Below are positions 58,779 through 64,000 of a stretch of DNA of 64,000 nucleotides, in pieces. Position 1 is the stretch's first letter. The number at the start of each line of letters is the position of its first letter. The stretch comes from Ignavibacteriota bacterium. GTDB lineage: Bacteria > Bacteroidota > Ignavibacteria > Kapaibacteriales > UBA2268. The DNA is taken from NCBI GenBank assembly GCA_016219595.1, contig JACRLY010000002.1, positions 18,190 through 82,189 on the forward strand. The letters are read 5' to 3'. The position numbers and the translations under genes were made by a program. The notes under the pieces are model-generated. The model was not told the origin of the DNA. It saw only the letters and a list, made by a program, of their open reading frames with translations, and searched no databases.

Positions 58779-59357
58779 TTGTCAATGAGAATAGATCCGG
58801 CTCAGGAAATAGAATTATCGACAGACAGACTCGTGCTTAAAGTCCTGAATCCTGTTTTCATTTCAATGATAACAGAATATTACAGAAGGAATAAAAAATT
58901 CTTTGAAAAATATTTACCTTTTTACGATAATAATGTATTAACCGACGAATACCAGACAATAAGGATTTGGACAGAATTCGATTTGATGGTCGATGACAGC
59001 GCCATTAGGTTCTATCTTTTTAACAAAGATGATTTCCACTACAAAAACATAATCGGCGATATTTCAGTTTATAATATAATCAGGGGAGCTGCTGAATCAT
59101 GCTGTATCGGATTCAAAATAGATGAAATGAATTCAGGTAAAGGGTACATGGCAGAAGCACTGAAGAAAGTTAGTGACTATGTATTCAACGAACTTGAACT
59201 GTCGAGAATAGAAGTAAATGTTATGAAAACAAATCTGGCATCAATCAATCTGATAGAAAAAATTGGTTTCAGGCAGGAAGGTATAGCATTCAGTTACTTA
59301 GAAATCGGCGGCAAAAGAGAAGACCATTTTAGATACTCACTCATAAAAAATAAATAA
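58779..59357 (+). CDS. GNAT family N-acetyltransferase (RimJ/RimL-like)
   Basis: 192 aa; the likely start is the ATG at 58785. The acetyl-CoA binding region GKGYMAEALKKVSDYVF is followed by N.ASINLIEKIGFRQEG. Confidence 0.7.
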   Translation: MSMRIDPAQEIELSTDRLVLKVLNPVFISMITEYYRRNKKFFEKYLPFYDNNVLTDEYQTIRIWTEFDLMVDDSAIRFYLFNKDDFHYKNIIGDISVYNIIRGAAESCCIGFKIDEMNSGKGYMAEALKKVSDYVFNELELSRIEVNVMKTNLASINLIEKIGFRQEGIAFSYLEIGGKREDHFRYSLIKNK

Positions 59358-59359
59358 TT

Positions 59360-60010
59360 ATGGAAGAAACTCAAAGTAATACATTGGTTATTGGAATAAC
59401 CGGCGGGATTGGCTGCGGCAAAACCACTGTCTCACAGTTCATTTCAGAGTTGGGTTATATCGTGATTTCGACAGATGAGAAAGCAAAATTTTTAATGGTT
59501 AGTGATGAAAATATTAAGAATAAAATCATTCAATCATTCGGTATTGAATCATATAATTCAGATGGCACTTTAAATTCCCGATACATTTCTAATTTAGTAT
59601 TTGGAAAGACTGATGAGCATACAAAGAGGCTTGCATTACTCAATTCAATTGTCCATCCTCCAGTAATTGATTACATGATTGAAGAAGTTCAAAAGTATGA
59701 AGAAAAAGGTGAGCCTCTCATCTTTATAGAGAGTGCATTAATATATGAAGCCGCACTCGAAGAAGGGTTTGATTATATCATAGTAGTTGATTCAACTGAG
59801 GAAAACGCAATTCAGAGAATAATCCATCGCACAGGAATGACAGAAGAACTTGTCCGTTTACGCATGAAACAGCAAATCTCACAGCAGGAGAAGAAAAGCC
59901 ACGCAGATTTTGTAATTGAAAATAATGGAACAATTGAAGAACTGAAAAAATCAGTTATAACACTGATGAATATTGTGAAGAATTTGAAACCAACAACAAT
60001 TGTGGAATGA
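59360..60010 (+). CDS. coaE: dephospho-CoA kinase
   Basis: 216 aa. P-loop GITGGIGCGKTT, plus the VHP...I and IVVD blocks typical of CoaE. Confidence 0.85.
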   Translation: MEETQSNTLVIGITGGIGCGKTTVSQFISELGYIVISTDEKAKFLMVSDENIKNKIIQSFGIESYNSDGTLNSRYISNLVFGKTDEHTKRLALLNSIVHPPVIDYMIEEVQKYEEKGEPLIFIESALIYEAALEEGFDYIIVVDSTEENAIQRIIHRTGMTEELVRLRMKQQISQQEKKSHADFVIENNGTIEELKKSVITLMNIVKNLKPTTIVE

Positions 60011-60022
60011 TTGATTTAGTAA

Positions 60023-61756
60023 TCACGGCAAAAACCACACCTTTATAATTAATCCTCCTTCTGTCTCATATATAGCCACTGCATTAATGTTTTCACGTCC
60101 GGGAACACCAGTTATGAACTCACGGTCTATGACATAATTACCTTTCACTATACGGTTGAGAAGTTTGCAGTGCAGACTCGGAGCTTTGTCGAAAAATGCT
60201 GAATATACCTTCCTCATCTCCTCTTTGCCTTTGTATCTGAATGTATCGGGGAAAAGAAACACTTCAACACTATCTGTATATGCCGAGAGAAATGCTCCAA
60301 TATCCCTGGCATTGTAGGCATTCAACTGCACCTGTGCTATATCTTCCGGCTTCTTAGGAAGGACACTGTCAGGTACAAATATTTTTCCATTTTTTATGAC
60401 GACAGATATATCGCTTGTGTTCTGAATGTCATCCAGCGGATTTGAATTGAGTATTACCAGGTCAGCAAGTTTGCCTTTTTCGATTGAGCCAAGTTCCTTT
60501 TCTCTTCTGAGCATTTTCGCTGCATTGAAAGTGGCATCAACTAATAATTCGTGATTACTCAATCCCGCTTTGGTCATATAATCAAACTCGTGAAAAATCG
60601 AAGGTCCGTGAAGAACACCAATGTTTCCTGCATCAGTACCGACTGCAATCGTAATTCCTGCTTCCTTCATTTTCTTTAAATTTCTCAGCCAGACAGAATC
60701 AATTCCGATAGACCTCTTATCAACAAGCAGTTTCTTTTGCCTTTCGCCAAGTTCATCGAATGATAATTCGTACATATCGAAAAATGAGCTGATGATTTTC
60801 GGATTGCCAAGCCAGTACTCGGATGTCAAAAGTTTCATCTGTTTTGTGAAAACAGATTCATAGGATTTAAACACCCACAAAGTAGGAATGATTACAACAT
60901 TATTCTTCTTTGCAAGAGCAATAAATTCATCATCAATATCTTTGTCCCTGACCATGTGGACAAGCACATCTGCACCTGCCTGCATGGCTTTCTTAGCAGT
61001 TTCGAGTTCGGTCGCATGCACATACAGCGGCAATCCTTTTTTGTGCGATTCATCGGCAACTGCTTTGACAATCGGGAAAAAATCATTTTCGGAAGACCAA
61101 CCGTCTCTTCCCACTATATACCAGATTTTCATGAAGTCCGGTTGTTTGTCCATTATTTTTTTAGTAAGCTTCAGTGCCTCATCTTTTGTTGTTACTTTTA
61201 TAATCGCCAGGTCATCAGTTTTCAATTTTTCAGGCTCATAAGAAGAGATAAGAGGACCAGTAATAAACACTCTCGGTGCAATATCGGCAGTCTTTGAATA
61301 ATCCCTAATAGCGAAATTCCAGAAGGGTCCACCGAGGTCAACGACAGACGTAATGCCGCACCTTATGTACCTTTTAAATACATCATCAATATTATTGCGA
61401 ATCCAATCCAACTCACTCGGATAGGACAGGCGATTCCTCAGGTCAATTGCATCAGGTCTTGTGTAGAGTCCGCCTGACTGGAAAAAGTGAATGTGACTGT
61501 CAATCAATCCCGGAATAATAAACTTACCACCTGCTTCAATTATCTCTGAATTCTGCGGAATTTGAGCCTTAATATTTTTCCCGACTTCGACAATGATATT
61601 ATCCTTGATGATAATAACAGCATCTTCAATCACACCCGTTCCGTTAGTGTTGATGACAGTTCCGCCGGTAATTACTTTGTATTCCTGTGAATGAAGGATG
61701 AATGGAATTGATAATAATATTATTATTATTAACAAAATGTAAATTATTTTTTTCAT
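60023..61756 (-). CDS. amidohydrolase-family metallohydrolase with C-terminal NTF2/SnoaL-like extension
   Basis: 577 aa with a signal peptide. PGLIDSHIHF (HxH metal site), VHATE and GTDAGN blocks. The last ~120 aa (AQVQLNAYNARDIGAFLSAY...) look like an NTF2-like domain. Confidence 0.7.
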   Translation of the reverse strand: MKKIIYILLIIIILLSIPFILHSQEYKVITGGTVINTNGTGVIEDAVIIIKDNIIVEVGKNIKAQIPQNSEIIEAGGKFIIPGLIDSHIHFFQSGGLYTRPDAIDLRNRLSYPSELDWIRNNIDDVFKRYIRCGITSVVDLGGPFWNFAIRDYSKTADIAPRVFITGPLISSYEPEKLKTDDLAIIKVTTKDEALKLTKKIMDKQPDFMKIWYIVGRDGWSSENDFFPIVKAVADESHKKGLPLYVHATELETAKKAMQAGADVLVHMVRDKDIDDEFIALAKKNNVVIIPTLWVFKSYESVFTKQMKLLTSEYWLGNPKIISSFFDMYELSFDELGERQKKLLVDKRSIGIDSVWLRNLKKMKEAGITIAVGTDAGNIGVLHGPSIFHEFDYMTKAGLSNHELLVDATFNAAKMLRREKELGSIEKGKLADLVILNSNPLDDIQNTSDISVVIKNGKIFVPDSVLPKKPEDIAQVQLNAYNARDIGAFLSAYTDSVEVFLFPDTFRYKGKEEMRKVYSAFFDKAPSLHCKLLNRIVKGNYVIDREFITGVPGRENINAVAIYETEGGLIIKVWFLP

Positions 61757-61868
61757 AATAACTATAAAAATTTTTCTTTTGCAGAATTTATCCCGTTAGG
61801 GATTAAAAATTAGTAGATATCTTTTAATATTCTAAACCCGAGAGTTGAAGAGGAAGAAGAATTAATTC

Positions 61869-62078
61869 TTAAATTGCAATTTGTCTGACATATTTTGTAA
61901 TTTTATTAAGATTCCTTAATAAGACAGGTTTACCGGCATCCTGGTTAATCTTTTCTTTAAGGTTTTCCAAAAATATTTCAAGTCTTACCTTTTCTCTTGC
62001 CAATGCATAATGTGCAGCAAACTCAGGGTCTTTCAACTGTTCATCTAAATATTCTCTATAATGATTATTTCCACTCAT
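61869..62078 (-). CDS. putative antitoxin of the upstream RelE/HigB-like toxin
   Basis: 69 aa. Overlaps the toxin gene by 4 nt. N-terminal YLDEQLKDPEFAAHYALAREK resembles the N-terminus of HigA-type antitoxins, but no HTH is evident. Confidence 0.5.
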   Translation of the reverse strand: MSGNNHYREYLDEQLKDPEFAAHYALAREKVRLEIFLENLKEKINQDAGKPVLLRNLNKITKYVRQIAI

Positions 62079-62437
62079 AATTTTTTTCTTGAAAAATATA
62101 TAATCCTGTATTTTATTGCTTTTTCAATCTCAACGTTTGGGGTTTTTTCGGTTTTCTTAATAAAACCATGTGTAAATATAATTTTCTTTCCGATAAAATA
62201 AAAATAAAGTAAACGGGAAATTCTGGTTTCAAATCTTATTCTTAGCTCAAAAATCCCATTTTTCAAGTGTTTTGACATTGCATGCGGTAATTCCTGATTA
62301 TTAGATTTTAATAAACGAAATTCTTCGATTAAAGCCAAAACATAAGCTTTTTCTTTCTTAGACAAAGTATCAAGGAATTTATTGAAAGGGATATTCCCGC
62401 TTTCAAGTTCAACAAAATTAATTTCGTATTCTTCCAT
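62075..62437 (-). CDS. RelE/ParE-superfamily toxin, phage Gp49/HigB-like
   Basis: 120 aa. The pattern KHLKNGIFELRIRFETRISRLLYFYFIGKKIIFTHGFIKKTEKTP matches Gp49-like (HigB-type) toxins. Gene order is toxin first. Confidence 0.7.
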   Translation of the reverse strand: MEEYEINFVELESGNIPFNKFLDTLSKKEKAYVLALIEEFRLLKSNNQELPHAMSKHLKNGIFELRIRFETRISRLLYFYFIGKKIIFTHGFIKKTEKTPNVEIEKAIKYRIIYFSRKKL

Positions 62438-62520
62438 TTATTTTTGTTTAATCGCTACACTATAATTAATTATTCTTCTTCTCAATACCTATTTTCTATT
62501 TGCTTATTACTATCTTCTAT

Positions 62521-62600
62521 CTTCAATTTCCTGCTTCCTCTTTCCTAATTCAATAATCTTTCATTCGATGAATCTATTTCAGCACGAATCGGTGATTCAC
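62521..62600 (-). pseudogene. decayed remnant (R2) of the tyrS 3' end
   Basis: cttcctctttcctaattcaataatctttcattcgatgaatctatttcagcacgaatcggtgattcac aligns with R1 (63095-63178) and with the tyrS end. The reading frame is broken by an indel and a stop. Confidence 0.65.
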
Positions 62601-62605
62601 TAAAA

Positions 62606-63064
62606 TCATTTATTATTCTTTTTATATCCATCAAAAGGTAAAAATCCATCAACATTTAAAAGCAAGCGGATAATTTCTGTATATTCTAATATTTGTTCTT
62701 TTTTATTAATTGAATAATATTTACGCTCTTTTTTTTCATTATAGTATTCAATACCAATATTTAAGGAATCTGATTTATCTCCTTCAATTTTAATTATTCT
62801 ATCTAGTTCTTGTTGATGCTTTAAATATTTCTCATGAGATATAACTATATAATTTCCAAAATCCAAGAATTGCTTAGGTTTTTCAGGATAGACATTACTA
62901 TCTAATAAAACTGTTATATCTTTTTCATTAATTCGGGATTCAGTATCATTATAGTAGCGACCAAAATAAATACTTGTTACACCAATATTATCCATTCCTA
63001 CTTCAAATTGAGAACAGCTAATAGTAAATAAAACAATAACCAATATCAAAATGTAATATTTCAT
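62606..63064 (-). CDS. hypothetical lipoprotein (cargo between tyrS-tail remnants R1 and R2)
   Basis: 152 aa. Lipobox-like FTISCSQ. No family recognised. Confidence 0.5.
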   Translation of the reverse strand: MKYYILILVIVLFTISCSQFEVGMDNIGVTSIYFGRYYNDTESRINEKDITVLLDSNVYPEKPKQFLDFGNYIVISHEKYLKHQQELDRIIKIEGDKSDSLNIGIEYYNEKKERKYYSINKKEQILEYTEIIRLLLNVDGFLPFDGYKKNNK

Positions 63065-63094
63065 TTTTACTTTTCAAGAAAATCCTTGTATTCC

Positions 63095-63178
63095 AATTGA
63101 CACCTTCAAAAACTTCCTCTTTACTACTTTCAATAATCTTTCGTTTGATAAATCTATTTCTGCACGGAAATCATTTAC
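63095..63178 (-). pseudogene. remnant (R1) of the tyrS 3' end, 28 codons
   Basis: Translates VNDFRAEIDLSNERLLKVVKRKFLKVSI, compared with the genuine tyrS end VSDFRAEIDLSRERLLKVGKRKFLKVTI*. By hand count, 73 of 84 nt are identical. The stop is replaced by GGA, and a TAA lies two codons upstream of the fragment. Confidence 0.85.
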
Positions 63179-63273
63179 TTTTTTACCTGTTTTACTTTAA
63201 ATTCTACCCAACTATCCATTGGGACTTCCCAGTCCTCAAAAGCCTCTATTATTTAGCAAAAAAAAATATAAAT

Positions 63274-63612
63274 TTAATGAAATATAAATTCCCCTTGAAT
63301 ATTTCCTCCTGGGAAATCAATCCTTGTAACCCTCTTTGTTGAATCGAAACTAATTTGACCAGAACCTTTGCTATCATCATTTAAATCGTAATGATAATTA
63401 TAAATATTTACATTTGTTATTTGATCAGGCTTTCCCATAATTTTAATAACTTCGTCCTTTGTCATTCCGATTTTAACATTATAGGAGTGTTCCAAATTTT
63501 CTTTTGCTTTAATAGCCTTTGGACTGAAATGTCCATAATAATTAATTATTAGTACAAGAACAAGAAAAGGAATTACAAATAAACCAATAACAATTTTTGT
63601 TGTTTTTTTCAT
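63274..63612 (-). CDS. hypothetical membrane-anchored small protein (cargo between tyrS and remnant R1)
   Basis: 112 aa with an N-terminal TM/signal anchor (IVIGLFVIPFLVLVLII). It starts 15 nt after the tyrS stop. Confidence 0.5.
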   Translation of the reverse strand: MKKTTKIVIGLFVIPFLVLVLIINYYGHFSPKAIKAKENLEHSYNVKIGMTKDEVIKIMGKPDQITNVNIYNYHYDLNDDSKGSGQISFDSTKRVTRIDFPGGNIQGEFIFH

Positions 63613-63627
63613 GATTGTCCTTTCAAA

Positions 63628-64000
63628 TTAAATTGTCACCTTCAAAAACTTCCTCTTGCCTACTTTCAAAAGTCTTTCTCTCGATAAATCTATTTCTGCA
63701 CGGAAATCGCTCACCTTCTCGCCGTCAATCATTACTCCGCCCTGCACTATGAGACGCTTTGCTTCTTTTTTCGAGGGAACAAGGTTTGTCAGCACAAGCA
63801 CATCCATCAAAGGCTGAATGGCAGTCGGTAAATCTAATTTCATTTCTTCGATTTCATCGGGAATGTCTTTGTTTTTGAAAATCTTGTCAAACTCTGCGAG
63901 TGCATTTTCTCCTGCTTCACCACCGTAATAAATTGCTACGATTGCTTTTGCAGTTCTGACTTTTGCATCACGGGGATTGAATGAATCCGACTTGAGCTGT
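63628..64000 (-). CDS. tyrS: tyrosine--tRNA ligase, 3' part only (gene continues past the right edge)
   Basis: The frame is open from 64000 down to the TAA at 63630-63628: ...NPRDAKVRTAKAIVAIYYGGEAGENALAEFDKIFKNKDIPDEIEEMKLDLP...LVPSKKEAKRLIVQGGVMIDGEKV... This is the C-terminal S4-like RNA-binding domain typical of TyrRS. Confidence 0.8.
   Translation of the reverse strand, partial: QLKSDSFNPRDAKVRTAKAIVAIYYGGEAGENALAEFDKIFKNKDIPDEIEEMKLDLPTAIQPLMDVLVLTNLVPSKKEAKRLIVQGGVMIDGEKVSDFRAEIDLSRERLLKVGKRKFLKVTI

Overview
Low-GC bacterial chromosomal segment, about one-third G+C by eye. It is most consistent with an FCB-group organism (Bacteroidota or Ignavibacteriota-like). Seven predicted exported proteins end in T9SS type-A C-terminal sorting domains, and a TTTG-N20-TAATTTTG promoter-like motif precedes the only tRNA, tRNA-Glu(UUC). 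Housekeeping genes present are mnmG, trmB, nadB, rnhA, uppP, a cyclophilin PPIase, coaE, a partial tyrS, split hldA/hldC, manC and rlpA. They are interleaved with accessory material: a minus-strand block of T9SS cargo genes (14.7-28.9 kb) headed by an ECF sigma gene and an anti-sigma-like gene, three toxin-antitoxin-like pairs, a tandem pair of UmuD-like S24 peptidases with no polymerase gene, a MacB-type ABC exporter, and many small intergenic repeat families. No CRISPR array, transposase, integrase or rRNA gene is visible. Main observations: (1) Diverged copies of the 3' end of tyrS (two copies) and of the PPIase gene (one copy) lie downstream of small inserted genes, which looks like scars of DNA insertion into gene 3' ends. 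(2) Two neighbouring genes, the ECF sigma and a discoidin-domain T9SS cargo, are each interrupted by one in-frame TAG, although TAG ends at least four other genes here. (3) A membrane protein coupled to the sigma gene carries a T9SS sorting domain. (4) Two perfect palindromes sharing the core TGTTTCACGTGAAACA sit 144 bp apart in a divergent promoter region. (5) A small islet holds a PIN gene, two UmuD-like genes and an orphan antitoxin. All family assignments rest on motifs read by eye and recall. No database search was run.
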